Shown here in pieces: positions 13,110 to 22,691 of a DNA stretch of 64,000 nt. Made by a program: the position numbers and the translations under genes. A model generated the notes under the pieces. That model did no database searches. It saw only the letters and a list, made by a program, of their open reading frames with translations, and was not told the origin of the DNA. Each line of letters begins with the position of its first letter. Positions within the stretch are counted from its first letter, which is position 1. Origin of the DNA: Arenicellales bacterium (GTDB lineage: Bacteria; Pseudomonadota; Gammaproteobacteria; Arenicellales; UBA868). The stretch covers positions 117,650 to 181,649 of the forward strand of contig JASMBC010000001.1 in the NCBI GenBank assembly GCA_030754035.1. Reading direction: 5' to 3'.

Positions 13110-14915
13110 ATGGACGCAGGCGAACATAGCCAGGTCAGGAACTTCGCAATCATCGCCCACATTGACCACGGCAAGTCTACGCTTGCGGACCGGTTAATTC
13201 ATTATTGTGGAGGCTTGAGCGATCGGGAAATGACCGACCAGGTACTCGACTCCATGGACTTGGAGCGCGAGCGGGGTATCACCATCAAAGCGCAGAGCGT
13301 GTCGCTAGATTACCTGGCGGACGACGGTAACAACTACAAACTCAATTTCATCGACACTCCGGGGCACGTCGACTTTGCATACGAAGTATCCCGCTCGTTG
13401 AGCGCCTGTGATGGTGCCTTGCTGGTCGTTGACGCCTCACAGGGTGTTGAAGCACAAACGATGGCAAACTGTTATACGGCTGTGGACCTTGGGCTCGAGG
13501 TTATTCCGGTTCTAAATAAAATCGATCTGCCAGCCGCCGAGCCGCAGAGGGTGGCAGCCGACATAGAGGACCTGATTGGGTTGGATTGCACAAACGTTCT
13601 GGAGATCAGCGCGAAGACGGGCCTCGGGATCAGGTCAGTACTGGAAGTAATCGTGACCAAGTTGCCGGCGCCGTCAGGTTCTCCTACGGAGCCGCTCAAA
13701 AGTCTGATTATTGATTCTTGGTTCGACAACTACCTCGGTACGGTATCGCTGGTCCGGGTAGTTGATGGGATACTGAAAAAGCGCATGAAGGTGCGGATGA
13801 TGTCGACTGGGCGGGACTACCAATTGGAAGAGATGGGGGTGTTCACACCGAAGAGAACCCCGGTAGCCCAACTGGTAGCGGGCGATGTGGGTTATGTCGT
13901 AGCTGGGATAAAGGACATCAAGGCTGCCCCGGTTGGGGACACCATTACCGATCCTGTCAGCCCGGCCGAAGCGCCGTGCCGCGGTTTTAAACAGGAAAAG
14001 CCCGTCGTTTTCGCTGGGCTTTATCCGATCAATAACGTCGACTATGAGTCGTTCCGCGATGCGCTGCAAAAACTGAGTCTGAATGATGCATCGCTGGTGT
14101 TCGAGCCCGAGGTGTCGCCGGCGCTGGGATTCGGCTTTCGCTGCGGGTTCCTCGGCATGCTTCACATGGAGATCATCCAGGAGCGGCTGGAGCGCGAATA
14201 TGAACTGGGTCTAATCACGACCGCGCCGACCGTTGTCTACCAAGTGGAACTGGCTGACGGCACCGTCCTGGCGGTGGCTAACCCCTCGGCGATGCCTGAC
14301 CCGGGACAGATTAAGGAAATACGAGAGCCGTACATTCGCGCATGCATTCTGGGCCCGCAAGAAGCTGTGGGTAGCGTTATCAGTTTGTGCATAGAAAGGC
14401 GCGGCCTGCAGCAGGACATCAGTTACCATGGTCGGCAGGTGATGCTCGAATTCGACATTCCGTTGAGCGAAGTAGTGCTTGATTTCCATGACCAACTCAA
14501 ATCAGTCAGCCGCGGTTACGCCTCTTTAGATTACGAACTCATCGATAATCGGCCGACGAGTATGGTAAAAGTGGATATATTGATCAATGGCGATCGTGTC
14601 GACCCGCTGGCCGTACTGGTGCATAAGGATCAGGCCAGTTACCGCGCCCGAGAGCTCGTCTCGCGGATGCGCAAACTCATTCCCCGGCAGATGTTCGATG
14701 TGGCGATTCAGGCAGTGGTCGGATCGCGAATCATTACCCGGCAGACCGTCAAGGCGTTACGAAAAAATGTGACAGCTAAATGCTATGGCGGAGATATCAC
14801 GCGGAAAAGGAAACTTTTGGAAAAGCAAAAACAAGGTAAAAAACGCATGAAGCAGATCGGTTCGGTATCAATTCCGCAAGAGGCATTTCTTTCCGTACTC
14901 AAGGTAGGTGACTGA
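13110..14915 (+). CDS. lepA: elongation factor 4
   Basis: G-domain motifs are [22 protein letters not shown] and NKID. Length is 601 aa with the LepA-type C-terminus. Confidence 0.97.
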   Translation: MDAGEHSQVRNFAIIAHIDHGKSTLADRLIHYCGGLSDREMTDQVLDSMDLERERGITIKAQSVSLDYLADDGNNYKLNFIDTPGHVDFAYEVSRSLSACDGALLVVDASQGVEAQTMANCYTAVDLGLEVIPVLNKIDLPAAEPQRVAADIEDLIGLDCTNVLEISAKTGLGIRSVLEVIVTKLPAPSGSPTEPLKSLIIDSWFDNYLGTVSLVRVVDGILKKRMKVRMMSTGRDYQLEEMGVFTPKRTPVAQLVAGDVGYVVAGIKDIKAAPVGDTITDPVSPAEAPCRGFKQEKPVVFAGLYPINNVDYESFRDALQKLSLNDASLVFEPEVSPALGFGFRCGFLGMLHMEIIQERLEREYELGLITTAPTVVYQVELADGTVLAVANPSAMPDPGQIKEIREPYIRACILGPQEAVGSVISLCIERRGLQQDISYHGRQVMLEFDIPLSEVVLDFHDQLKSVSRGYASLDYELIDNRPTSMVKVDILINGDRVDPLAVLVHKDQASYRARELVSRMRKLIPRQMFDVAIQAVVGSRIITRQTVKALRKNVTAKCYGGDITRKRKLLEKQKQGKKRMKQIGSVSIPQEAFLSVLKVGD

Positions 14916-14916
14916 A

Positions 14917-15717
14917 ATGGATTTTGCGCTGGGGCTGTTCATCGCTCTGGTCGTTACCGGAGCGATCATTTATTGGGACAAGTACTTTGGCCAACAACGG
15001 CGAGAGCCGGTTAAGGAGGACGGCCAATCGGCGCCTAGCACGGCTGCACGGATACCACTATTGGTTGAGTATTCGCGGGCATTCTTCCCGATTATATTAG
15101 TGGTATTCCTACTACGCTCGTTTGTAGTCGAGCCATTTCGGATCCCCTCAGGCTCTATGTTGCCGAGTCTTTATATAGGCGATTTCATTCTGGTTTCAAA
15201 ATTTACTTATGGGCTGCGCCTGCCGATAATCAATCGTCTCATCGTTGCAACTGGCAGGCCCGAACGTGGCGACGTCATGGTGTTTCGGTTTCCAAGAGAT
15301 CCAAAAACAAATTTCATCAAGCGCGTAGTAGGTCTCCCTGGTGACGTTCTCACCTACCGAGATAAACAACTGATGATTAACGACCAAGTAGCAACGTTGC
15401 AAAATACAGGGCGCCTGGAAGGAGAATCGGCAGATGCGGCAGGCTCGGCGATGGTCGAGTACCTGGAACAACTGGAGGGCTCGTCTCACGGTGTGTTGCT
15501 GGATTCCAGGAGGCAATCCCGCAGCATACGGGTAAGCGTTCCCGAAGGACAGTATTTTGTCATGGGTGACAACCGTGATCACAGTAACGACAGTCGTTAC
15601 TGGGGTTTTGTCCCAGAAGAAAATATCGTAGGTCGGGCATTTTTTGTCTGGTTTAGTTGGGATTCCCCAAGCGGTGGTGGGGTCAACTGGAAACGGATTG
15701 GTACCATCATAGACTGA
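14917..15717 (+). CDS. lepB: signal peptidase I
   Basis: Motifs are SGSMLPSL (Ser nucleophile), KRVVGLPGD (Lys) and GDNRDHSNDSRYWGFV. I chose ATG 14917, which has an upstream AGG-rich SD; the alternative is GTG 14908. Confidence 0.9.
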   Translation: MDFALGLFIALVVTGAIIYWDKYFGQQRREPVKEDGQSAPSTAARIPLLVEYSRAFFPIILVVFLLRSFVVEPFRIPSGSMLPSLYIGDFILVSKFTYGLRLPIINRLIVATGRPERGDVMVFRFPRDPKTNFIKRVVGLPGDVLTYRDKQLMINDQVATLQNTGRLEGESADAAGSAMVEYLEQLEGSSHGVLLDSRRQSRSIRVSVPEGQYFVMGDNRDHSNDSRYWGFVPEENIVGRAFFVWFSWDSPSGGGVNWKRIGTIID

Positions 15718-15735
15718 CGCGTCGCTCGTGCACTA

Positions 15736-16431
15736 ATGGCCCTGGCTGAGAACCACCTGCAGAAAAGAATCGGCTACCGGTTCAATGACCCGAAACTATT
15801 GACTCGGGCTCTGACCCATCGAAGTCTGCATTCCAAGCACAACGAACGACTGGAGTTTCTCGGCGATAGCGTGTTGGGGCTTGCCGTCGCACAGTCCGTC
15901 TTTCTGCATTTCCCGCTCGAGGAAGAAGGTCAGCTAACCCGTATTCGGGCACGGCTGGTCAACAAGGGTACGCTGGCTCGTATTGCCAGGCGTTTTAATT
16001 TGGGCGATAGTCTGCACTTGGGGGAAAGCGCCGCGCGAAGCGGCGGTGCCGACCGTGCGTCGATACTGGCTGATGCACTCGAGGCGCTGATCGGGGCGGT
16101 GTTCCTGGAAGCGGGATTTGAGCAGGCTGCCGCTGTCGTCGCCGTGTTGTTGATGGAAGAGTTTGCCGACCTGGGGTCTGGGCTTGCAGTCAAGGATGCC
16201 AAGACAGCGCTACAGGAGCACTTGCAGAAAAACGGCTTGCCGCTGCCCTGTTACCGGGTTATGCGACAAATTGGCGAACCACATCGGCCGGAATTCCAGG
16301 TCGAATGTGTCGTAACAGGTGCAGACCACGCCTATAGCGGGCGTGGCGAGAGCAGAAAAGCGGCCGAGCAGGCAGCGGCTCACAACGCCTACGCTGACCT
16401 TCGTGGTAAATCGACAGCCAATGAGTGCTAG
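15736..16431 (+). CDS. rnc: ribonuclease III
   Basis: It has the RNase III signature NERLEFLGDSVLG and a C-terminal dsRBD. Confidence 0.95.
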   Translation: MALAENHLQKRIGYRFNDPKLLTRALTHRSLHSKHNERLEFLGDSVLGLAVAQSVFLHFPLEEEGQLTRIRARLVNKGTLARIARRFNLGDSLHLGESAARSGGADRASILADALEALIGAVFLEAGFEQAAAVVAVLLMEEFADLGSGLAVKDAKTALQEHLQKNGLPLPCYRVMRQIGEPHRPEFQVECVVTGADHAYSGRGESRKAAEQAAAHNAYADLRGKSTANEC

Positions 16432-17323
16432 CGGGCGGTTCGGCATTGTTGCCTTGGTTGGACGACCGAACGTCGGCAAGTCCACTTTGCTCAATCGGCT
16501 GGTAGAGAGTAAGGTGTCGATCACTTCCCGCAGGCCTCAAACTACCTGGCACCGGGTAGAGGGAATCCGCACCGTGGGCGACACCCAACTGGTATTTTTG
16601 GATACCCCGGGGTTGCACGACAGCGGCAAGCGCATGCTCAATCGGGTCATCAACCAGACTGCTCGAGGCGCAGTCGCAGGTGTCAATATCATCTGCCTGG
16701 TGACGGACGCCCGCGGTTGGCGCGCCGGGGATGCGCGAGTTCTTGAACTAGTCAAGACTGCGAGAACACCGGTCTGGTTGGTAATGAATAAAGCCGACCG
16801 GCTGCAGGCGGTTGATCAGCTATTGCCGAATATCGACGCCGTGCGAGACCGCCACCAGTGGGACCAGGTTGTGCCGGTATCGGCAAAGACCGGCTATAAC
16901 ACGGCTCATTTGCTTGGCCTACTGGGCCAGAGCGTGCCGGTTGGGCGGCCCGAGCACGCAATTGGCGAGGTGACAACTTTGTCGCGACGTTTTATGGCAG
17001 CCGAGCTGATTCGTGAGCAGTTGTTCCGGCGGCTGGGTGCCGAGATTCCCTACACCACCGGCGTGACTGTCAGCGACTTCACAATGGGTACTGATGGCCC
17101 GGTAACGATCAGCGCCGAGATCTTGTGCGAAACAGCCGGACAAAAAAGGGCGATCATCGGCGAAAAAGGAAGCAAGTTGAAAATCATTGGAGTCAGCGCC
17201 CGGCGGGAACTGGAGCGGTTGCTTGGGCAACAGGTTTTTCTCGAGCAAAGAGTCAAGGTTCGAAAGGGCTGGACCGATGACCTGGCAATGGTGAGCCGTC
17301 TGGGCTACGCCCTGAAGGATTGA
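16421..17323 (+). CDS. era: GTPase Era
   Basis: Motifs are GRPNVGKSTLLN, DTPG and NKAD, plus a KH domain. I chose ATG 16421, which overlaps the rnc end by 11 nt; the track ORF starts at 16319. Confidence 0.95.
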   Translation: MSASGRFGIVALVGRPNVGKSTLLNRLVESKVSITSRRPQTTWHRVEGIRTVGDTQLVFLDTPGLHDSGKRMLNRVINQTARGAVAGVNIICLVTDARGWRAGDARVLELVKTARTPVWLVMNKADRLQAVDQLLPNIDAVRDRHQWDQVVPVSAKTGYNTAHLLGLLGQSVPVGRPEHAIGEVTTLSRRFMAAELIREQLFRRLGAEIPYTTGVTVSDFTMGTDGPVTISAEILCETAGQKRAIIGEKGSKLKIIGVSARRELERLLGQQVFLEQRVKVRKGWTDDLAMVSRLGYALKD

Positions 17324-17326
17324 GAT

Positions 17327-18124
17327 GTGCTAGCAGGTAACCAGCGAATCAGGGCGGAACCGGCCTGGGTACTGCAACGCCGACCCTACTCCGAGTCCAG
17401 TTTACTGCTTGAGCTGTTTTCTCGCCACCATGGCCGGTTAGCTGTGATAGCCAAAGGAGGCAGACGACAGAAATCACCGTTACGGGGCTTGCTGGCGCCT
17501 TTCCAGCCGTTATCAGTTGGTTGGTCTGGTAGAGGCGAGGTTAAAACGCTAACCGGTGCTGAGCAGGATGCTGCATTGGCGCCGTTGCGACGCGCACAAC
17601 TCTTCTGCGGTTACTACCTTAACGAATTACTTTTGAAACTTCTACACCGGTATGACGCGCATGAGGCCCTGTTTGATTTCTACCGCCAGGCACTGGTTTC
17701 TCTTATTCAGGTCGGCGATTGCGAGAAAGTGCTGCGTATTTTCGAGAAGCACCTGCTAGAGCAGGTCGGATATGGGATGCAACTGAGGAATGAATGCGCT
17801 AGTGGTGATAGTTTGGTAGCGGATCAACTCTACCGCTATGTGCCAGATATCGGGCCACTGGCCGATATCAAGACCAGCCGTGACGGCGTGCTAATACACG
17901 GTGCTGCCCTGCTCGCACTGGACGCAGAGAGTGAACTTAGTGGAACCTGCCTCAGCGAACTTAAGCAATTGAGTCGAGTATTGCTTGACCGCTCGCTGGA
18001 TGGCCGCGCCTTGAGTAGCCGGGCAGTCTACGGAAGGGTTTCCCTGTCACTCGATTCGGGCGGTAACGGTGTTTCTGGGAACGTGATTTCGTTCGCCAAA
18101 GAAGAGGCGACAACAAGGGAGTGA
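17327..18124 (+). CDS. recO: DNA repair protein RecO
   Basis: The N-terminus AWVLQRRPYSESSLLLELFSRHHGRLAVIAKGGRR is RecO-like. It sits in the conserved era-recO-pdxJ position. Confidence 0.85.
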   Translation: MLAGNQRIRAEPAWVLQRRPYSESSLLLELFSRHHGRLAVIAKGGRRQKSPLRGLLAPFQPLSVGWSGRGEVKTLTGAEQDAALAPLRRAQLFCGYYLNELLLKLLHRYDAHEALFDFYRQALVSLIQVGDCEKVLRIFEKHLLEQVGYGMQLRNECASGDSLVADQLYRYVPDIGPLADIKTSRDGVLIHGAALLALDAESELSGTCLSELKQLSRVLLDRSLDGRALSSRAVYGRVSLSLDSGGNGVSGNVISFAKEEATTRE

Positions 18125-18130
18125 ATCGAC

Positions 18131-18853
18131 ATGGAACTTGGGGTAAATATTGATCATGTTGCAACCCTGCGCCAGGCGCGGGGCACCGCCTATCCGGACC
18201 CGGCCGATGCCGTACTGGCTGCCGAGGCGGGCGGTGCTGATCTTATTACACTGCACCTTAGAGAAGACCGGCGGCACATAGTCGATGATGACGTGTATCG
18301 CCTGCGTGGTCTTATCGGTACCCGCATGAATCTTGAAATGGCGGCTACCGACGAGATGTCTGGCATCGCTTGCAAGGTGCTGCCGAACGATGTCTGTTTA
18401 GTCCCAGAAAAGCGTACCGAGTTGACGACCGAAGGGGGCTTGGATGTAGCCATGCAGCAAGCTAAATTGCAGACCATTGTTCAGCGACTCCAAGATAGCG
18501 GTATCCGGGTGTCTATGTTCATCGACCCGGAGGCCGAGCAGATCGCTGCCAGCGCAGCTGTTGGTGCAGATGCCGTGGAGATTCATACCGGGGTTTACGC
18601 CGATTCGGCGGTCGGGGTGGCGCGGGAGATGGAACTGGAGCGGGTCCGTTCAGCGGTTCAGTGGGGTCTGGCGGCCGGCTTAAGGGTAAACGGCGGTCAC
18701 GGCCTGAACTACGACAACGTTGGGCCAGTGGCCGGCCTGGCCAGCCTGGCGGAACTCAACATTGGGCATGCGATTATCGCACGCTCGGTATTCACTGGGC
18801 TCGAGGCCGCGGTTGCTGAGATGAAAAGTTTAATGCGCGTGGCAGCGACTTGA
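18131..18853 (+). CDS. pdxJ: pyridoxine 5'-phosphate synthase
   Basis: Motifs are LGVNIDHVATLRQARG, LVPEKRTELTTEGGLD and GHGLNY. Confidence 0.95.
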   Translation: MELGVNIDHVATLRQARGTAYPDPADAVLAAEAGGADLITLHLREDRRHIVDDDVYRLRGLIGTRMNLEMAATDEMSGIACKVLPNDVCLVPEKRTELTTEGGLDVAMQQAKLQTIVQRLQDSGIRVSMFIDPEAEQIAASAAVGADAVEIHTGVYADSAVGVAREMELERVRSAVQWGLAAGLRVNGGHGLNYDNVGPVAGLASLAELNIGHAIIARSVFTGLEAAVAEMKSLMRVAAT

Positions 18854-18860
18854 ACCCGCG

Positions 18861-19136
18861 CTATTTCTTACGCGGTGCGAACCCCTGTGGAATCTCTCCT
18901 AGATTGCCTTCACCGAACAGAAAACTCAGCATATGTTGCTCGATCAGTTCGACACTGGCAGGATCAGCAGTGGAAAGTTGGTTCTCGTTAATAATGAGTA
19001 CCAGGCGTTCCAGCCATTTCTTCCAGCCAGCCTGGGAGATATTTGCCAGAATTCGTTGGCCCAATTCACCCGGGTAGGGTGCCTCGGCCAGAGGCTCAGC
19101 CTCTTCCTTGAGCACCTTACAGTAGATTGTTGCCAT
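18861..19136 (-). CDS. yggX: Fe(2+)-trafficking / oxidative damage protection protein YggX
   Basis: It is 91 aa with the N-terminal Cys context IYCKVL, YPGELGQRI, WKKWLE, INE and FLFGEG, which aligns along the full length with my memory of YggX. Confidence 0.85.
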   Translation of the reverse strand: MATIYCKVLKEEAEPLAEAPYPGELGQRILANISQAGWKKWLERLVLIINENQLSTADPASVELIEQHMLSFLFGEGNLGEIPQGFAPRKK

Positions 19137-19296
19137 GCTACACTTAAACGGTCCGATAAAAAGAATCCTTCATTGTAGTTGTGGTTATTGATTGTGGTTT
19201 TGGTTATTAATCGCACAATGAAGACGCCCATTATCCATCTACATTGACAGCGCAGCAAGACTTACATTGTTGTGCGAACGACAGGAGCAGGTATCC

Positions 19297-19671
19297 ATGA
19301 GCGATTCTCACGAACCTAATATGATTGGGCCTGGGAGTCTTAAAGTAACGGCGCCCGCGAGGGAGAAGATCGCTAACCTGCTTATTGATGCAGAAGAACA
19401 AGTAGCAGCGGTGCGGGTATTCGTCTCTGGAGGGGGGTGCAGCGGTATGAATTACGGTATGACTTTTGCCGAACAAGTAGAGGGGCACGATAGGCTGCTT
19501 GAGGACCCGCAAGGCTTTCGCCTGGTGGTTGATCCTGTCGCCTATTCCTTTATGGAGGGTGCGGAAATCGATTTCGTTGATGATGGCGTCAGTTCAACTT
19601 TCGTCTTCAATAACGTGTTCCAAGCCGTTGGTGGCAGCGGCGCCTGTGGTGGTTGTGGTGGGGCCATCTAG
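19297..19671 (+). CDS. HesB/IscA-family Fe-S cluster insertion protein with atypical C-terminus
   Basis: It has the core VFVSGGGCSGMNYGMTF typical of A-type carriers. It ends in GACGGCGGAI instead of the usual CGCGxSF. ATG 19297 has an AGGAG SD; the track ORF starts at TTG 19267. Confidence 0.75.
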   Translation: MSDSHEPNMIGPGSLKVTAPAREKIANLLIDAEEQVAAVRVFVSGGGCSGMNYGMTFAEQVEGHDRLLEDPQGFRLVVDPVAYSFMEGAEIDFVDDGVSSTFVFNNVFQAVGGSGACGGCGGAI

Positions 19672-19677
19672 CCAGGC

Positions 19678-19701
19678 GTTGCAGGTTGCAGCGGGTTGCA
19701 G
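19678..19701 (+). repeat. three copies of heptamer GTTGCAG (2 tandem + CGG + 1) followed by TTGACT
   Basis: I read it directly from the sequence, 7 nt after the stop of the IscA-like gene and upstream of the ATP-grasp gene. Confidence 0.6.
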
Positions 19702-19795
19702 TTGACTCCATCGGTTACTGGGTTAACACTCTGCGTTTAATCTATGGCTATCGCGCTCAAATAGCCTCGTTGACTCTCATTAATTTTTCACCGGC

Positions 19796-21073
19796 ATGAC
19801 CCGGGTATTACTGGTAGCGCTCGACGGGAGCTACCGTACCGGCGCATTTGTCGAGGCAGCCGAACGGCTACAAATAGAGCTGGTGGTAGCAGCGAGCGGC
19901 GTCAGGCCTCTTACCCAAGGGCCGGGGGGCGGCTTGCGGCTCGAGCCAGGGCGCACTCGCGCAGCGCTAGCAGCCATTACTAGAGCACACCGCCAGCGGC
20001 CATTTGTTGCAATACTCCCGACCGATGACGGCTCGGTGGAAATGGCAAGCATTGTCGCTCGGCACCTCGGCTTGCCGGGGAATAGCCGCGGTGCTGTACA
20101 AGCAACCTGCTGCAAGGCGGCCTTTCGAACGGCATGCCATGATGCTGGACTTCCGACCCCTCACTTTCGGCTCATCGACTTGACGCAACCGACACTTATG
20201 CAAATCGTTGGTGTGCGCTTTCCTTGTGTGGCCAAACCATTGCGGCTGTCAGCAAGTAGAGGGGTGATTCGGGCGGAGGATTCGATCGGGCTCAATGCGG
20301 CGCTAGCGCGCATAGGTAAATTGCTCGAAAATGAAGGCGGCAAAGACAGCACCCATGTGCTGGTGGAAGATTTCGTTGCTGGCTGTGAGTTGGCGATTGA
20401 AGGATTGCTACACCGGGGCAAGTTACGGATTCTCGCATTGTTCGAAAAGCCGGGCGATATGGCTGGGCCTTATTTCGAGGAAAACATCTATCTCACACCG
20501 CCGCGCTTTAACCCCTTGTGGAGTAGAGCCATTGAGCGGCAGTTAGCGAAAACCTGCCAAGCGTTGGGGTTGCGTGAGGGCCCGGTGCACGCCGAATGTC
20601 GAATCAGTCCCACGGGTATTGTATTTATAGAGATTGCGAATCGCACCGTGGGCGGGCGCTGCGGCCGATTACTGCGCTTTGGTAGCGGTTACAGCTTAGA
20701 GGAGCTGGTATTGATGAACGCAGTGGGACAGCCACCAGCTGTAAAACTGGCTGTGGGTGCTGCTGGTGTGATGATGATTCCGGTGCCAGGGCAAGGAATC
20801 TTGCGAAGAGTCGAGGGTATTACTGCGGCACGGCGTATACCTGGCATCGAGTCGGTGGAGGTCGATGTGCGCAGGGGCCAACGCCTGGTGCCCTGGCCAG
20901 AGGGGGGAGCCTATCCAGGGTTTATCTTCGCCCATGGGGTGACGCCTGATGCGGTATTACAGGCGCTGCAATCAGCCCACGCGCAATTATGTTTCGTGAT
21001 TGACGCCGAACTACCCGTGGCGATCAATAGTGCCACGCAGGCCACCTCAGGGGCACTCAGAAGAGCAAGTTAA
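19796..21073 (+). CDS. ATP-grasp domain protein, L-amino-acid-ligase-like
   Basis: ATP-grasp elements are FPCVAKPLRLSASRGV, LVEDFVAGCELAIEG and HAECRISPTGIVFIEIANRTVGG (E-x-N-R metal/ATP site). Length is 425 aa and the substrate is unknown. Confidence 0.7.
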   Translation: MTRVLLVALDGSYRTGAFVEAAERLQIELVVAASGVRPLTQGPGGGLRLEPGRTRAALAAITRAHRQRPFVAILPTDDGSVEMASIVARHLGLPGNSRGAVQATCCKAAFRTACHDAGLPTPHFRLIDLTQPTLMQIVGVRFPCVAKPLRLSASRGVIRAEDSIGLNAALARIGKLLENEGGKDSTHVLVEDFVAGCELAIEGLLHRGKLRILALFEKPGDMAGPYFEENIYLTPPRFNPLWSRAIERQLAKTCQALGLREGPVHAECRISPTGIVFIEIANRTVGGRCGRLLRFGSGYSLEELVLMNAVGQPPAVKLAVGAAGVMMIPVPGQGILRRVEGITAARRIPGIESVEVDVRRGQRLVPWPEGGAYPGFIFAHGVTPDAVLQALQSAHAQLCFVIDAELPVAINSATQATSGALRRAS

Positions 21074-21436
21074 CGCTGAAGTGGCACCTTAGACTAGTGG
21101 CGACGTGTGGGCTCAACAGACGAGCCTGACGAAGGCCCGCTACAGATCAGTCAATAATGCACCACGCCTGAATATACAAACGACGTTAAAACAATTAAAT
21201 ACAGATAATATCTATAGAAAAGGTTTAACTATTGAGTGGACATGGAATCTTATACAGTTGGCGCTATATCGAGGCCGGCGCGAATGGCCTTGCAAATAGG
21301 GCCAACGTCATTTGTTTGACCAGTGTGCTTTAAAAAAAGTAGTCGCTGTGCGAATATCTACCCATCCTGGCGACGGCGCTTGACATCGCAAACACCGGGG
21401 ATTTTCAGTTACGACCTTTTTACAAGGAGGATTCTA

Positions 21437-22630
21437 ATGAGGAAGATACTTTTAGCTGTAGCAGCCACCATCATGCTCGCCGGCCAGGCGCTGGCTGGTG
21501 ACGTCAAGATCGGTATTATTCTTGGTTATACGGGCCCGATCGAATCGCTGACGCCGGCAATGGCCGAGGGTGCTGAAATTGCCATCGCGGAAGTCAACGC
21601 GAGTCAGGAGTTCAGAGGCGGTTACGGCGCTGCTCGCGAGATAAAGGGCATCCGTGCCGATTCGACCTGCATTGATTCAGCCGCAGCAACAGCGGCGGCC
21701 GAGCGCCTGATCACCTCGGACAAAGTCAACGCTATCATGGGCGCAGACTGCTCCGGCGTGACCACGGCCATCCTGCAGAATGTTGCGATGGCCAACGGCG
21801 TAGTAATGGTCTCGCCATCGGCTACTTCGCCGGCGCTTTCTACTATTGAAGATGATGGGCTGTTTTTCCGCACCGCACCCTCGGACGCCCGCCAGGGGCA
21901 GGTCGTTGCCGATATACTGAAGGAGCAAGGGTACAAGACGATTGCAATCACCTATACCAACAACGATTACGGTAAGGGCCTCGCTGACAGTATTGAAACC
22001 AACTTCAAGGCTGTAGGCGGCACCGTCACCCTCAACGCATCGCACGAAGATGGCAAAGGTGATTATGGTGCTGAAGTTGCGGCACTGGCCCAGGCGGGTG
22101 GGGAGATTCTGGTGGTCGCTGGCTACCTCGACCAGGGTGGCAAAGGCATTATCCAGGCCTCCCTGGATACCGGCGCGTTTGATATCTTTTTCAATCCGGA
22201 CGGTATGATTGGCGAGAGCCTTCCGGCAGCTATTGGAGCCGACCTAAACGGCTCTATCGGCTGCGCCCCTGGTACCGATAGCCCGGGTGCGGCTAAGTTT
22301 GGAGAAATAGCAGAGGCGGCTGGCACTAAGGTAGGCCCGTTTGTTCCGGAATCCTACGACGCTGCGGCATTGATTATGTTTGCCATGCAGGCGGCGGGCT
22401 CCACCCGCAGCCAGGATTTCAAGGGCAAAATAATGGAGGTGGCCAACGCTCCGGGTACCAAGATCTATCCTGGAGAGCTTGGCAAAGGGCTTAAGATCCT
22501 CCGGAGAGGCGGTGACATTGATTATGTCGGCGGATCTTCGGTGGAATTGATCGGCGGCGGTGAGTCGGCCGGCAACTACGCAGAATATCTGGTCAAGGAC
22601 GGTGCTTTTACTATCATCGGTTACCGTTAA
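21437..22630 (+). CDS. ABC transporter substrate-binding protein, Leu/Ile/Val-binding (type I PBP) family
   Basis: It has the signal peptide MRKILLAVAATIMLAGQALA and a PBP1-type sequence. SD AAGGAGG lies 6 nt upstream of ATG 21437; the track ORF starts at 21323. Confidence 0.85.
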   Translation: MRKILLAVAATIMLAGQALAGDVKIGIILGYTGPIESLTPAMAEGAEIAIAEVNASQEFRGGYGAAREIKGIRADSTCIDSAAATAAAERLITSDKVNAIMGADCSGVTTAILQNVAMANGVVMVSPSATSPALSTIEDDGLFFRTAPSDARQGQVVADILKEQGYKTIAITYTNNDYGKGLADSIETNFKAVGGTVTLNASHEDGKGDYGAEVAALAQAGGEILVVAGYLDQGGKGIIQASLDTGAFDIFFNPDGMIGESLPAAIGADLNGSIGCAPGTDSPGAAKFGEIAEAAGTKVGPFVPESYDAAALIMFAMQAAGSTRSQDFKGKIMEVANAPGTKIYPGELGKGLKILRRGGDIDYVGGSSVELIGGGESAGNYAEYLVKDGAFTIIGYR

Positions 22631-22643
22631 GATCCAGTAATTT

Positions 22644-22678
22644 AACGGCCCGGGATTGCCCGGGCCGTTTTTTCTTTG
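22644..22678 (+). terminator. intrinsic terminator/attenuator between the binding-protein gene and ATPase genes
   Basis: An 11-bp GC-rich stem AACGGCCCGGG/CCCGGGCCGTT with loop ATTG is followed by TTTTTCTTT. Confidence 0.75.
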
Positions 22679-22691
22679 CTCGTATGACCTA

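Noticed and set aside
21105-21299. A 64-aa ORF in the AT-rich spacer upstream of the ABC operon
   Set aside because: It has a GTG start without an SD, lies in an obvious promoter/UTR-like AT-rich region, and has no motif. It is probably non-coding.
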